64,000 bases of DNA from Alphaproteobacteria bacterium (GTDB lineage Bacteria > Pseudomonadota > Alphaproteobacteria > UBA828), in the NCBI GenBank assembly GCA_965220745.1, contig CBDCQT010000007.1, forward strand, positions 192,001-256,000, in the 5' to 3' direction. The notes beneath the pieces were generated by a model, which did not search any database, had not been told where the DNA came from, and saw only the letters and a list, made by a program, of their open reading frames with translations. Both the position numbers and the translations under genes were made by a program. Below, in pieces: positions 52,321 through 62,609 of the stretch. Positions within the stretch are counted from its first letter, which is position 1; each line of letters opens with the position of its first letter.

Positions 52321-53043
52321 TCAACCGCCCGTGCCGTCCGTCCCTGCCGGCGCTGGCAGCGCAGCAAGCCAGGCGGGAAGATCGTCGGTCACGTAATCCG
52401 GCGTAATTTGGCCCGCGCCGGACGACGCCCAGGCGCTGTCGTTTTGCACCCAGACGGTGGCCATGCCGAGAGCGGCGGCGGGCGCCAGGTTGCGCAGAAT
52501 GTCCTCGAAGAAGATGGCCCGCGTCGGCTCCACGTCATGCACGTCGGCAAGCCGATCATAGGCTTCGGGAAACGGCTTCGGCACCCAGTCGGCGGCCTCG
52601 ATGTCGTAGATGTCGCTGAAATGGTGGCCGATCCCGAGCCGCGCCATCACCCGCTTGGCGTAGGGTGCATCGGCGTTGGTGAAGACCAGCTTGCGGCCGG
52701 GCAACCGGCCAAGCGCCGTCTCCAGCGCCTCGCTCGGCGCAATCGGCGAGAGATCGATGTCGTGCACGTAGTCGAGAAAGGGTGCGGGGTCCATATCGTG
52801 CTTGAGCATGAGGCCGCGCAGGGTGGTGCCGTACTCGCGGAAGTAGCCCTTCTGCAGCTTGTGGGCCTCTTGCCGATCAACGTCGAAGGCGGTGGCGATG
52901 AAGTCGCCGATGCGTTGGCTGACCTGGTCGAAGAGGTGCGAGCTCGACGGATAGAGGGTGTTGTCGAGGTCGAATATCCAGGTGTCGATGTGAGCGAGGT
53001 CGGCGCCGCCCGGTGCCGTGCGCGCGCCGTCGGTCAGTTGCAT
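52321..53043 (-). CDS. pyrimidine 5'-nucleotidase (HAD superfamily)
   Basis: [27 protein letters not shown]; usual position upstream of dapD. Confidence 0.92.
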   Translation of the reverse strand: MQLTDGARTAPGGADLAHIDTWIFDLDNTLYPSSSHLFDQVSQRIGDFIATAFDVDRQEAHKLQKGYFREYGTTLRGLMLKHDMDPAPFLDYVHDIDLSPIAPSEALETALGRLPGRKLVFTNADAPYAKRVMARLGIGHHFSDIYDIEAADWVPKPFPEAYDRLADVHDVEPTRAIFFEDILRNLAPAAALGMATVWVQNDSAWASSGAGQITPDYVTDDLPAWLAALPAPAGTDGTGG

Positions 53044-53540
53044 TGGCCGCTGGAGCCCTCCGCGCACACCTTGTTGCCGTCGATCCAAGTCGCGCCGCTG
53101 AGGTCGGCCTTGAGAAAATCGGTGCCGTCCAGCCGGGCGCCGGTGAAGTCGGCACCGCGCAGGTCGGCGCGGAAGAAGCGGGCGCGGCGGAGATCGGCGC
53201 CTTCGAACGAGGCGCCAGAGAGATCCGACTTGGTGAAGTCGGTGCCGATCAGGCGCGCGCCGTCCCAGTGCGTATCCACCAGAACGGCGTCGGTGAACTT
53301 GGCGCGCCGGCCGTCAACGGCACTGAAGTCGGCCCGCGTAAGGTCCGAGCGCGCGAAAAATCCGTCACGGAGTGTGGCTCCGGCGAGGTCAACGTCGACA
53401 AAATTGCGGTTGTCGAGAAGGCAGCGCCGCCAATCGACGCCCGGTTGCGGCGTGTCGGTGCACGCGGCCTGCACTCCGGGCGCCGCGAGCGCAAGCGCCG
53501 CCCCGATCAGCCCCGCCAACACGACACTCCCTCGCCTCAT
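53034..53540 (-). CDS. exported pentapeptide-repeat protein
   Basis: Signal peptide, A(D/N)Lxx repeats (SDLSGASFEGADLRRARFFRADLRGADFTG), Cys pairs at both ends. Confidence 0.9.
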   Translation of the reverse strand: MRRGSVVLAGLIGAALALAAPGVQAACTDTPQPGVDWRRCLLDNRNFVDVDLAGATLRDGFFARSDLTRADFSAVDGRRAKFTDAVLVDTHWDGARLIGTDFTKSDLSGASFEGADLRRARFFRADLRGADFTGARLDGTDFLKADLSGATWIDGNKVCAEGSSGQCN

Positions 53541-53578
53541 TCTACCAGGCACCGCCTGACTCTATCCTGACGTGCCGC

Positions 53579-53803
53579 TCAGTCGCCCTGTGGGCCCAGT
53601 CTGCCGCCGCCCTCAGGCTCGTCGGGCTCATGATCGATCCGCTTGCCGTCGAGCGCGCCATCGCCCCGCGCTGCCTCGGCCTGCGTTGCTTGCCTCTCCG
53701 CCTTGGTGCGCCCTGTCCGCGCACGGTTCGCCGCGCGTTGCTGCGCCTTGGCCGCCCTGTCGCGCTTCTTGCGGAACTGGTTCAGGTTGACGACATCGCC
53801 CAT
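53579..53803 (-). CDS. DUF4169 family protein
   Basis: MGDVVNLNQFRK...AANRARTGRTKAER...LDG. Confidence 0.85.
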   Translation of the reverse strand: MGDVVNLNQFRKKRDRAAKAQQRAANRARTGRTKAERQATQAEAARGDGALDGKRIDHEPDEPEGGGRLGPQGD

Positions 53804-53987
53804 GACCAAAGGCCTTTCGGTACGCCGGCAAACGTGGTCTAAGAAACGCGGGGCCTCCCATCCGATCAGACCCGTCCGATCGAGAGGCAAGCCTAGACGA
53901 AATGAATCGGGCTGTTAACCGGAGTCGACCGGGCCGGCACCGCTCGGGCAGAGCGCCCGTCCTTCCCGCCCCGAGGCATGGACAACG

Positions 53988-56900
53988 GTGAAATTCGTTT
54001 ACGGCATCGTCGTCCTTCTGGCCCTCGCCGTCGCCGCCCTCTTTCTCGTGCCTTCGTTCCTCGATTGGGAGGGGTTCAAGCCCGAGATCACCGAGCGCCT
54101 CGAAGCCATTACCGGTCGCGAGCTTGCGATTGACGGGCCGCTCAAGGTCTCCATCTTACCGACGCCCAAAATCGAGGCGACCGACCTGCGCCTCGCCAAC
54201 GTACCCGGCGCGGCCAGCCCCGACATGGCGCAGATCGGGTCTCTCAAACTCCGGCTCGCGCTCGGGCCGCTCCTCGGTGGCGAGATTGCAGTCACCGGCC
54301 TCGAGATGGTGGAGCCGGTCATCGAGCTCCAGCGTCTACCCGATGGCAGCCCCAACTGGCTCTTCGAGGGCGTGTCGGCACCGGCGACAGGGGAGGGTGC
54401 CGCGGGGGAACCGGAGGCCGAGCTGGAGCTGACTAGGCTCGACTCCGCGACGATCACGAACGGCACGATCGTCTATTACCATGCCGACGGCCGGCCGTCG
54501 GAGCGGATCGAGGGGATCGACGCCACGCTCTCCGCCCGCTCGCTCGACGGACCCTTCCGTGGAGACGGCACGTTCGCCGTGCGCGGTCGTCCGGTCGCGT
54601 TTCAACTCGCGACGAGCACGCTGCGCGACGACGGCACCATGCCGATCTCGGTCGAAGCGGTCTTTGGCAGCGAGCGCGGCCGCGCGCTGTTCGAAGGCAT
54701 CGTGCGCGGCGATGGCGAGACGCCGGCATTCGACGGCAACGTGCGGATCGAGGCGGCCGATCTTGGCGCCTTGCTGAGCGCGCTCGCCGTCGATCTCGGT
54801 GCGCTGCCTTCAGTACCGCTTGCCGCCGAATTCGACGCCAGGGGAGCCCTCAGCTTGAGCGGCGAGGCGATCGCCGCAGACGAGCTCCAAGCGCGGTTGG
54901 GCGAGAGCCAAGCGACCGGCGCACTCTCCTGGCGAGACGGCGATGTGTCGCAGTTGGCCGCCGACATCGATCTCAACCGGATCGACCTCGACCGGTTCCT
55001 GCCGTCCGAAGATGTGGGCGACGGAGGGCAGCCGGGCGACGAGGCGGCTTTGGTCCCGTTGCAGACGATCTCCGATAACCTTCGACAGGTAATTCCCGCA
55101 GACGTTGCGGCGACGATCAATCTCAAGATCGGCACCCTCACCTGGCGCGAGGGCGTCATCCGTCAGGCCCGGACGCGACTTGTGCTGGACGATGGTGTCG
55201 TCACGCTCCAACCGGCCTCGGCCCTGCTGCCCGGTGGTGCCGACGTCCGGTTCGCCGGCCGGCTGACGCAGGGCGGCGATCTCCCCTGGCTGCAGGGCGT
55301 GGTGGAGATCGCAGCCGACGATCTGCGGGCCATCCTCTCCTGGCTTTCTGTGGACGTGGGCGATGTCCCGGCGGACCGACTCCGTCGCCTCAATGCAAGC
55401 GCCGACCTCTCCGCCATTGGCAATCGGCTGTCGACGACCAACCTCGACGTCAGGATCGATACCACGCGGATCGCCGGCAATGCGGCCATCGCAGCGGACG
55501 AGCGGCCACGCGTCACCGCCGCCCTCGCGGTCAACACGGTCAACGTGGATGCCTACTTGCCCCCCGCTGGCGAGACGGGTGCCGGTTCCGAGGGGACGGC
55601 GAGTCCCGTACCAGAGACCGCAAGCGAAGACGCGTGGGCGGGTCTCGCCAATATCGACGCTGATGTCACACTCAAGATGGATGCGCTGATCTATGACGGC
55701 GTACATGTGGCCGGTCTGGAGCTCGACGCCGCCCACGACGACGGCAACCTGACCCTGCGCCGAGCGCAAGTGGCGGACGTTGCGGGTGCCGGCGTCTCGG
55801 TAAGCGGCACCGCGCACACGGTCTGGTCGGCGCCGACCGTCGATCTCGCGGTGGAGAGCACGGCCGACTCCCTCGAAGGCGTCGTCGCGCTCCTCGACAT
55901 CGACCCTGAGATTCGCACCCGGGCGTTCGGCAAGTTCGCGTTGCAGGGCTCTCTCAAGGGCGATGAGGAATCGCTGTCGCTCGATTTCACCCTTGCGGCC
56001 GGTACTGCAGAGGCTTTGCTTCAAGGCACCGTCGACGATCCGTTCGGCGCGCCTGCCGGCGCTCTTGCGCTCAGCCTCCGCGCATCGAACGCTGCCGCTC
56101 TCGCTCGCACCGCCGGGCTCACGCCGCCCGTCACCTTCGAGCGGCTCGGCAAGCTGGCCGTCGACAGCGAAATCCGCGGCAATCTCGACTCGGCTGCGGT
56201 CGATCTGAGCGCTGAGGCCGCCGGTGCCAGGGTGACGGTTAACGGCAGCGTCACGGAGATGCTGACCTCGCCTGGCTACAGTGTCGACGTCGATCTCGCT
56301 CATCCCAGAGGCGAGGCTCTGGTCGCGACCGTGATCGGAGAAGCGCCGGCAGGCGCCGCTCTTGGCCCTGTCCGCCTCGTCGGCAAGGTTTCAGGGGATC
56401 GGATGGTGGCCAACCTCGCCGGCATCGACGCCGCCATCGGCGAAAGCACGCTGGCTGGCGATATTTTTCTCCGTCTGGACCAGGATCCACCGGCGTTCAG
56501 CGCAGACCTGCGCGCGGGCCTGCTCGACCTCGCCTGGATCGGTGGCGGCCTCGCGGCGGCGGACGGCAACGCGGGGACCGGTATCGAAGTCACCGTACTG
56601 TATTCCGATCGCTGGTCCGATGAGCCGATCGACCTTGCGCTCCTCGATCGGCTCTCCGGCACGCTGACGCTGGCTGCCGAGGCGCTCGTTCTCGGCCCCT
56701 ACCGCATCGAGCAAGCCGATGTCGACATCGCGACGGGCGAGGGAACGCTGACGCTGCGCTCGCTCGGCGGGCGGCTCTTCGGAGGCGCGCTGCGGGCCGA
56801 CGGCAGCCTCGCAGGAGCGCCGGTGCCGGCCGGACAAGCGGCGGTCCAGCTCAACGACGCGAACATCGGCGCCATTCTGCGGGAGACAGCAGGCGGCCGT

Positions 56901-58025
56901 GCGGTCTCCGGCAAGGCCACGATCGACGGGTACTTCACCCTGCGCGGGCAAACGGAGCGCGAGATGGTCGAGAGTCTCGCCGGCCGTGTCGCCATCACCT
57001 CCGACGAGGGCGCCGTCGAGGGTGTGGACGTGCCCGCGATCAGCCGCCAGATCGCCGCGCTCTCCGAGGCGGATGCGCTCGACGACATCGTGAGCTTCGT
57101 CGACCGGGCGGAGCAGAGCCTTTCAAGCGGGCAAACGACAATCCACTCCCTCGATGGCATCGTGCGGGTTCAGAACGGCCAGGCGCGCATCGATGGCTTC
57201 GAGATCGTCACCGACGGGGGCATCGGCACCATCAACGGCACCGCGGATCTGCCGGCGTGGCAGCTCGACCTCACTGCGCTGTTCCGTCTCGCCGAGCATG
57301 CCGACGCTCCGCCGGTCGGCGTGCGGCTTGAAGGGCCGATCGACCAACCCGAACGCCGCTATCTGATCGAGGAGATGCAGGTTCATCTGGTCAAGCTCGG
57401 CCTGCTCTCGCTCGCGGGCTCGCCTGACACGCCCAAGATCATACTGCGCAAGGGTGCGAAGGCGGAGCCGGGCACCGAGATGGACACGCTGCTCCGCAAT
57501 GTGCTCGGCGATCCCGACGAGGCGGAGGAGGCCGAAACAACCGAGGAGCCGGGGGAAGCGCGCGAGAGAACGGACGAAACAGACAAAGCGTTAGAGGTTC
57601 CCAACCAGGACGACGCGGGAAGTGCTCTACTGTCGCTGGACGACGTACCTTCCAGTTCCGTGGCGGCGGAAGAATCGCGCGACGCCGGTCAGGCAGAAAA
57701 GCCGGCGGACCCGGAACAGGTGGAACAGCAAGACGTGCTGCTGGAAACTGAAGACCTAGAGCAGCCTGCGGTGGCGGTTACGCCCGACGGGGCGGTGCCC
57801 GAACCTCCGTCGGCGCCCGAGCGCTACCGGGCCGAGACCCTGCAGGACTTCGTCGACGACGTGTTGGGGGAGCCCGTCCCTGACCAAGACGCGGACCTCC
57901 AGGACGCCGTCAACGATCCGTTGAAGGAGCCCGGAGCCGAGCGGGATGTGAAGGAGTCCGAGCCTGACCCGGACGAGGGCTTCCAGGACTTCGTCGACGA
58001 CCTGCTGGAATCGCTCGACGAGTAG
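53988..58025 (+). CDS. AsmA family protein (long, with acidic C-terminal extension)
   Basis: N-terminal anchor, PSFLDW..FKPEI...TGREL.IDG, ILPTP, repeated beta-groove segments, AsmA C-terminal P.G..LEGPIDQP. Confidence 0.87.
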   Translation: MKFVYGIVVLLALAVAALFLVPSFLDWEGFKPEITERLEAITGRELAIDGPLKVSILPTPKIEATDLRLANVPGAASPDMAQIGSLKLRLALGPLLGGEIAVTGLEMVEPVIELQRLPDGSPNWLFEGVSAPATGEGAAGEPEAELELTRLDSATITNGTIVYYHADGRPSERIEGIDATLSARSLDGPFRGDGTFAVRGRPVAFQLATSTLRDDGTMPISVEAVFGSERGRALFEGIVRGDGETPAFDGNVRIEAADLGALLSALAVDLGALPSVPLAAEFDARGALSLSGEAIAADELQARLGESQATGALSWRDGDVSQLAADIDLNRIDLDRFLPSEDVGDGGQPGDEAALVPLQTISDNLRQVIPADVAATINLKIGTLTWREGVIRQARTRLVLDDGVVTLQPASALLPGGADVRFAGRLTQGGDLPWLQGVVEIAADDLRAILSWLSVDVGDVPADRLRRLNASADLSAIGNRLSTTNLDVRIDTTRIAGNAAIAADERPRVTAALAVNTVNVDAYLPPAGETGAGSEGTASPVPETASEDAWAGLANIDADVTLKMDALIYDGVHVAGLELDAAHDDGNLTLRRAQVADVAGAGVSVSGTAHTVWSAPTVDLAVESTADSLEGVVALLDIDPEIRTRAFGKFALQGSLKGDEESLSLDFTLAAGTAEALLQGTVDDPFGAPAGALALSLRASNAAALARTAGLTPPVTFERLGKLAVDSEIRGNLDSAAVDLSAEAAGARVTVNGSVTEMLTSPGYSVDVDLAHPRGEALVATVIGEAPAGAALGPVRLVGKVSGDRMVANLAGIDAAIGESTLAGDIFLRLDQDPPAFSADLRAGLLDLAWIGGGLAAADGNAGTGIEVTVLYSDRWSDEPIDLALLDRLSGTLTLAAEALVLGPYRIEQADVDIATGEGTLTLRSLGGRLFGGALRADGSLAGAPVPAGQAAVQLNDANIGAILRETAGGRAVSGKATIDGYFTLRGQTEREMVESLAGRVAITSDEGAVEGVDVPAISRQIAALSEADALDDIVSFVDRAEQSLSSGQTTIHSLDGIVRVQNGQARIDGFEIVTDGGIGTINGTADLPAWQLDLTALFRLAEHADAPPVGVRLEGPIDQPERRYLIEEMQVHLVKLGLLSLAGSPDTPKIILRKGAKAEPGTEMDTLLRNVLGDPDEAEEAETTEEPGEARERTDETDKALEVPNQDDAGSALLSLDDVPSSSVAAEESRDAGQAEKPADPEQVEQQDVLLETEDLEQPAVAVTPDGAVPEPPSAPERYRAETLQDFVDDVLGEPVPDQDADLQDAVNDPLKEPGAERDVKESEPDPDEGFQDFVDDLLESLDE
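57843..58001 (+). repeat. intragenic direct repeats in the AsmA tail
   Basis: CAGGACTTCGTCGACGAC exact at 57843-57860 and 57984-58001; degenerate copy CAGGACGCCGTCAACGAT at 57900-57917. Confidence 0.8.
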
Positions 58026-58092
58026 GGGCCGGCGCCCCGGTCCGGGAACACCGGCCCTCCCCGCCCCACCTCAAGAGGTGACGAAGCGAACC

Positions 58093-59616
58093 TCAGGAAG
58101 TGGCAAAAGGAAAAGCGACGAAGCGCTCGCCTCCGTCCCGGCTCATCAGCATGAGGACGGCCTCGCGCCCGTCACCCTGGGCGGCCTCGATGCGCTCGTT
58201 TACTTCCGCGATCGAGCCCACGGGCTCCTTGTCGACGCTGACGATCGTGTCGCCGGGGCGAACGCCCTTGCGATGAGCGGTGCTCCCCGGCGCCACGCCG
58301 GCAACGACCACGGCTCCCGACCCGCCTTCCATGTCAGCACCGTCGCCTGACTGGGAATCGATGTTCTCGAGACGAAGACCAAAGGTATCGAGGCGGCCGG
58401 CCTCATCCGTATCGGACATGTCTGCGCTAGCTTCCTTCGCCGGCGCCGCGTTGGCGATCGCCGCCGTGAGCTCGATAAACTGACCATCGCGCCAGACCGT
58501 GAGCGCGGCGGGGGTTCCGGCGTCGATGGCGGCAATGGTCTGCGAGAGTGACCGCGTGTCGTTGACCGGTACCTGATCCACGGCGGTGATGACATCGCCC
58601 TGCGCAAGGCCAGCCGCCTCGGCCGGGCTTTCCGGCTGGACGCGGGCGACGATGGCGCCCTCCGTGCCCTCGAGCCCGAGGCTCGCCGCGATGTCCTCGG
58701 TTACGGGCTGAATGTGGACGCCGAGCCAGCCCCGCATGACCCGGCCGTGGGCCTTGAGATCGTCGATGACCGTCGTGGCCGTGGTAGCGGGGACCGCGAA
58801 GCCGATTCCCACGTTGCCGCCCGAGGGTGAGACGATGGAGGTGTTCACCCCGATGACCTCGCCGCGCAGGTTGACCGTGGGGCCACCCGAGTTGCCGCTG
58901 TTGATCGGCGCATCGATTTGCAGATGGTCCTCGTAGGGGTTGACACCAGTCCCGCGGGCGCGTGCCGAGACGATGCCGAAGGTCGCGGTCTTGCCCACGC
59001 CGAAGGGGTTGCCGATGGCGACCACCCAGTCGCCGACGCGGGTGCTGTCGTCCGCCGCGAAATTCACTGTGGGCAGCGGCTCACCGCTCTCGACCCTAAG
59101 CAGGGCGAGGTCGGTCCGCTTGTCGCCGCCGACGATTTCGGCATCGAGCCGGATGCCGTCATCGAGGATCACGGTCACGGTCTCGGCGCCCGCGATCACG
59201 TGATTGCTGGTCACGATGTAGCCGTCGGCGTCCACGACGAAGCCCGAGCCGATGCCGCCCCGCGGCCTCATGGGGCCGGGCCCGAAGTCCGGCGTGAAGC
59301 CGAAGCGCTCGGCGAAGTCCTCGCCGAAGAAGCGCTTGAAATGCTCGGGCAGGTCACGGCCGCGCCATTGCTGGGAGGTGAACGCGGGCCGGGCCTTATG
59401 CATGACCTCGATCGACACCACCGCCGGGCTTACCGCCTCCACCACGCCGGCGAGGCTGGGCGCCACCAGCATCTGATCCACCGGCGTCGGCGGCGTGACC
59501 GCCGTGGCCGTCTTGAGCGAGCTGGCCAGGCCGCCGCCGGCCAGCGCAATCATGCCGAGGCCCGCCAGAGCCGCGACGATGACCGTCCGTTTGCGTTGCG
59601 GTGAAAGCGTGCTCAT
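58093..59616 (-). CDS. DegP/DegQ (Do) serine protease with two PDZ domains
   Basis: TSNHVI, TDLALL, INSGNSGGP, RGWLGV; ATG 59616 after GAGGA. Confidence 0.94.
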   Translation of the reverse strand: MSTLSPQRKRTVIVAALAGLGMIALAGGGLASSLKTATAVTPPTPVDQMLVAPSLAGVVEAVSPAVVSIEVMHKARPAFTSQQWRGRDLPEHFKRFFGEDFAERFGFTPDFGPGPMRPRGGIGSGFVVDADGYIVTSNHVIAGAETVTVILDDGIRLDAEIVGGDKRTDLALLRVESGEPLPTVNFAADDSTRVGDWVVAIGNPFGVGKTATFGIVSARARGTGVNPYEDHLQIDAPINSGNSGGPTVNLRGEVIGVNTSIVSPSGGNVGIGFAVPATTATTVIDDLKAHGRVMRGWLGVHIQPVTEDIAASLGLEGTEGAIVARVQPESPAEAAGLAQGDVITAVDQVPVNDTRSLSQTIAAIDAGTPAALTVWRDGQFIELTAAIANAAPAKEASADMSDTDEAGRLDTFGLRLENIDSQSGDGADMEGGSGAVVVAGVAPGSTAHRKGVRPGDTIVSVDKEPVGSIAEVNERIEAAQGDGREAVLMLMSRDGGERFVAFPFATS

Positions 59617-59737
59617 CGTTTCCTCACTTGCCGTTGCCATTTGTCCGCAGCGGCCGATGGCAGGCCGCCGGTTATCTATGGCAGGGCAAGCTGTCGCCAC
59701 GATGGACGCTGCATTAACTCTTCTCCATGATGGTGCG

Positions 59738-60112
59738 ATGAGCGAACCGCTTGCCCCTTGCCGGCGCTGGCGGAACTGCGTCTGCAGCAGACGCGACGCG
59801 TCGCGCATTCATCGCGTCGAGCCCTTCGTCCTCTTGGGTGATCCGGTGGCGGTGATCGGCCGGCTGCGGTCGCTTCTGGAGGAGCTCCCGCGCATGGAAA
59901 TCGTCACCGAGACGGCGGACTACCTCCACGCGCTCTGCCGCAGCCGTGGTGGCTTCATCGACGATATCGAGTTTCGCCTCTCCCCCGACGAGGGGGTCAT
60001 CCACGTCCGCTCAGCCTCACGGTCGGGCCTGCACGACCTGGGCGTGAACAGGAGGCGGGTCGAGAGGCTGCGTCGGCGCTACATGAACGAGTGGGCGGAG
60101 CCCGTTCGGTGA
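59738..60112 (+). CDS. DUF1499 family protein, copy 1
   Basis: LAPC....NCVCS, DYLHA, FIDDIEF, IHVRSASR, DLGVNRRRVE. Confidence 0.87.
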   Translation: MSEPLAPCRRWRNCVCSRRDASRIHRVEPFVLLGDPVAVIGRLRSLLEELPRMEIVTETADYLHALCRSRGGFIDDIEFRLSPDEGVIHVRSASRSGLHDLGVNRRRVERLRRRYMNEWAEPVR

Positions 60113-60474
60113 TGGCAGACCGACTCGCACCCTGCCCGTTCCGACCCATCTGCGTCTGCAGCCGAGCGGACGCGGCTCCGCGACACCGAGTCGAGCCCTT
60201 CGCCATCTCGGGCGACCCTGTGGCGGCCTTTGCCCGGCTGAAGAAACTGGTGGAAGAGATGGAACGGACCGAGATTCTTTCCGCGACCGATGACTACCTG
60301 CACGCCGCCTGCCGCACGCAGCTCGGATTCGTCGATGATCTCGAGTGCCAGCTCGCTCCGGCGGAAGGGGTGATCCACGTCCGTTCCGCTTCGCGCGCCT
60401 TCTATGCCGTAACCGACTCGGGCGTGAACAGGCGGCGCGTCGAGGCGCTGCGCCAGCGGTTGCAGAGCGCTTAA
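60112..60474 (+). CDS. DUF1499 family protein, copy 2
   Basis: LAPC.....CVCS, DYLHA, GFVDDLE, IHVRSASR, DSGVNRRRVE; TGATG overlap with copy 1. Confidence 0.87.
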   Translation: MADRLAPCPFRPICVCSRADAAPRHRVEPFAISGDPVAAFARLKKLVEEMERTEILSATDDYLHAACRTQLGFVDDLECQLAPAEGVIHVRSASRAFYAVTDSGVNRRRVEALRQRLQSA

Positions 60475-60499
60475 CGGGACGGCGGTACGGGCGGCCGGT

Positions 60500-61885
60500 T
60501 CATGCGTCCGGCGGCGGAAGGGTCACGGTTACGCGGAGGCCCCCCAACGGGCTCTCGTCCAGCGCCAATTCCGCCCGGTGCAGGGTGGCGACGCCTGCGA
60601 CGAGGCTGAGCCCCAAGCCGCTGCCACCCCCGGTGCGGCTCGTATCGAGGCGAACGAAGCGTTGCAGCACGCGCTCCCGCTCCTCGGGCGGAATCCCCGG
60701 CCCCGAATCCTCCACCGTGAGCCGCACTGCACCCGCACTTTCGCGCGCGAGGCTCACCCCGATCCGGCCTTCGGGCGTGTAGGCCAGCGCGTTGTCCAGC
60801 AGATTGGCGACGAGTTGGGAGAGGAACTGACCGTGGCCGGAGACCTCTCCCGTCTCCTCCAGTGTGGCGTCGATGATGAGCCCCCTCTCCTCGGCGAGGG
60901 GGGCGTAGAGCCCGACCATGTCGGCGACGACGGCGCGGAGATCCACCGGTTCAAGCGCGATCCCGGCCTTGCCCGATTCAGCACGGGCGATCTCCATCAG
61001 CGTGGCGAAGGTGCGCAGGATGCCGTCGGTCTCGGCGATCGCGCGTTCGAGAGCGGCGCGGTGGCCCTGCTCGTCCGCCGGCCCCTCTCGGAGCGTGAGC
61101 TCCAGCCTGGACTTGAGCCGGGTGAGCGGGCTGCGCAGGTCGTGCGCCACGCTGTCGGTCACCGTGCGCAAGCCGGTCATCAGCGTCTCGATCTCGTCCA
61201 GCATTTCGTTGACCGTGATCGAGAGGCGGTCGAACTCGTCGCCCACGCCCGTGACCGGCATGCGCCGCGAGAGATCGCCGCGTACGATGCGCTGGCCGGT
61301 CTCGCGCACGGCATCGACCCGGCGCAGCATCCGCCGACTCATGACGAGGCCGCCGAGCAGCCCCAGGACCAGCGTGATCCCGAGTGCACCGCCGAGGGAT
61401 TCTAGGATCAGGTCCTCAAAATCCGCCCGCCCGCGCGGATCGCGGCCGACCAGCAGCCGAAAGCCGCCCGGCAGGACGAAGGTGCGGGCACGGATGCTGC
61501 CGTGCGCCTCCTCACCGCTCGCGCGCGTCGCCGCAATTTCTACCCAGCCGGCTTCGGCGCCGGCTGCCTCACGTGGCCAGGCGCTGAGATTGCCGGCGAG
61601 CTTGCGCAATCCGGGATCGGCGAGGAGGTAGACGCTGTCCGGATCGCCATAGGGGCCGCTTCGCTCCCCGATGACGGCGACCAGCTGGCGAATGCCCCGC
61701 GCTCGGTACTGCTCAGCGAGGCCGCGCACTTCGGCCTCGATGGTGTCGCTGGTCTGGCTGTCGATGACGCGAACAGTGGTCCAGTAGATGAACGCGAGCA
61801 GAAGCAGAACCGAGGCGCCGAAGAGGACGACGTAGAGGAGCGAGAGCCGGAACGTGGAGGTCCGGAGCAGCCTAGCGATCGTCAC
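60500..61885 (-). CDS. sensor histidine kinase (HAMP, HisKA, HATPase)
   Basis: Two TM helices, GDEFDRL, VAHDLRSPL, NLLDNA, DSGPGI, GSGLGLS. Confidence 0.94.
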   Translation of the reverse strand: MTIARLLRTSTFRLSLLYVVLFGASVLLLLAFIYWTTVRVIDSQTSDTIEAEVRGLAEQYRARGIRQLVAVIGERSGPYGDPDSVYLLADPGLRKLAGNLSAWPREAAGAEAGWVEIAATRASGEEAHGSIRARTFVLPGGFRLLVGRDPRGRADFEDLILESLGGALGITLVLGLLGGLVMSRRMLRRVDAVRETGQRIVRGDLSRRMPVTGVGDEFDRLSITVNEMLDEIETLMTGLRTVTDSVAHDLRSPLTRLKSRLELTLREGPADEQGHRAALERAIAETDGILRTFATLMEIARAESGKAGIALEPVDLRAVVADMVGLYAPLAEERGLIIDATLEETGEVSGHGQFLSQLVANLLDNALAYTPEGRIGVSLARESAGAVRLTVEDSGPGIPPEERERVLQRFVRLDTSRTGGGSGLGLSLVAGVATLHRAELALDESPLGGLRVTVTLPPPDA

Positions 61886-62549
61886 GAAAGCAATACCCGA
61901 CGCCGCGCACGGTGTGGATCAGTGGGTGGTCGAATCCCTTGTCGATCTTGCCGCGCAGCCGGCTCACATGGACGTCGATCACGTTGGTCTGGGGGTCGAA
62001 TTGGTAGCCCCAGACATGCTCCAGCAGCATCGTGCGCGTCACCACCTGGCCCGTGTGGCGCATAAAGTAGGCCAACAGGTTGAACTCACGCGGCTGCAGG
62101 GCGATCTCGCGGCCGGCACGCCGCACCGTGCGGGCGAGCAGATCCAGCTCCATGTCCGCGAGGCTGAGACGCGTCTCGCCGGCGGCATCGCCTGCGCGCC
62201 GGAGCAGCGCTTCAAGCCGCGCCAGGAGCTCGGAGAAGGCGAAGGGTTTGGTCAGATAGTCGTCGCCGCCGGACCGGAGCCCCTCCACCCGGTCGTCCAC
62301 CTGGGCAAGCGCGCTCAGGATCAGCACCGGCGTGCACCGTCCCTTGCGTCGCAGTGTCTCGACCAGCGAAAGCCCGTCCAGCCCCGGCAGCATGCGGTCA
62401 ACCACGAGTGCGTCGAAGCGGTGGTCAAGCGCGAGCGCGAGCCCGTCCGCCCCGTCGTGGACGAGCTCGACCACGTGGCCGCTCTCGGTCAGGCCCTTCT
62501 GCAGGTAGCGAGCGGTCTCGATATCGTCTTCGACGACCAGCACGTGCAT
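61872..62549 (-). CDS. OmpR/PhoB family response regulator
   Basis: LVVEDD, VDRMLP, DYLTKPF, winged helix NVIDVHVSRLRGK, TVRGVGY. Confidence 0.95.
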   Translation of the reverse strand: MHVLVVEDDIETARYLQKGLTESGHVVELVHDGADGLALALDHRFDALVVDRMLPGLDGLSLVETLRRKGRCTPVLILSALAQVDDRVEGLRSGGDDYLTKPFAFSELLARLEALLRRAGDAAGETRLSLADMELDLLARTVRRAGREIALQPREFNLLAYFMRHTGQVVTRTMLLEHVWGYQFDPQTNVIDVHVSRLRGKIDKGFDHPLIHTVRGVGYCFRDDR

Positions 62550-62609
62550 GGCTGCAACCTTGGCAGGCCGGACGCAGCGATCAAGGGCCTCAAGAGATTG
62601 TGTGCAGGC

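Noticed and set aside
53090-53400. 15-bp periodic DNA repeats
   Set aside because: Explained by pentapeptide-repeat coding; no spacers and no cas genes, so not CRISPR.
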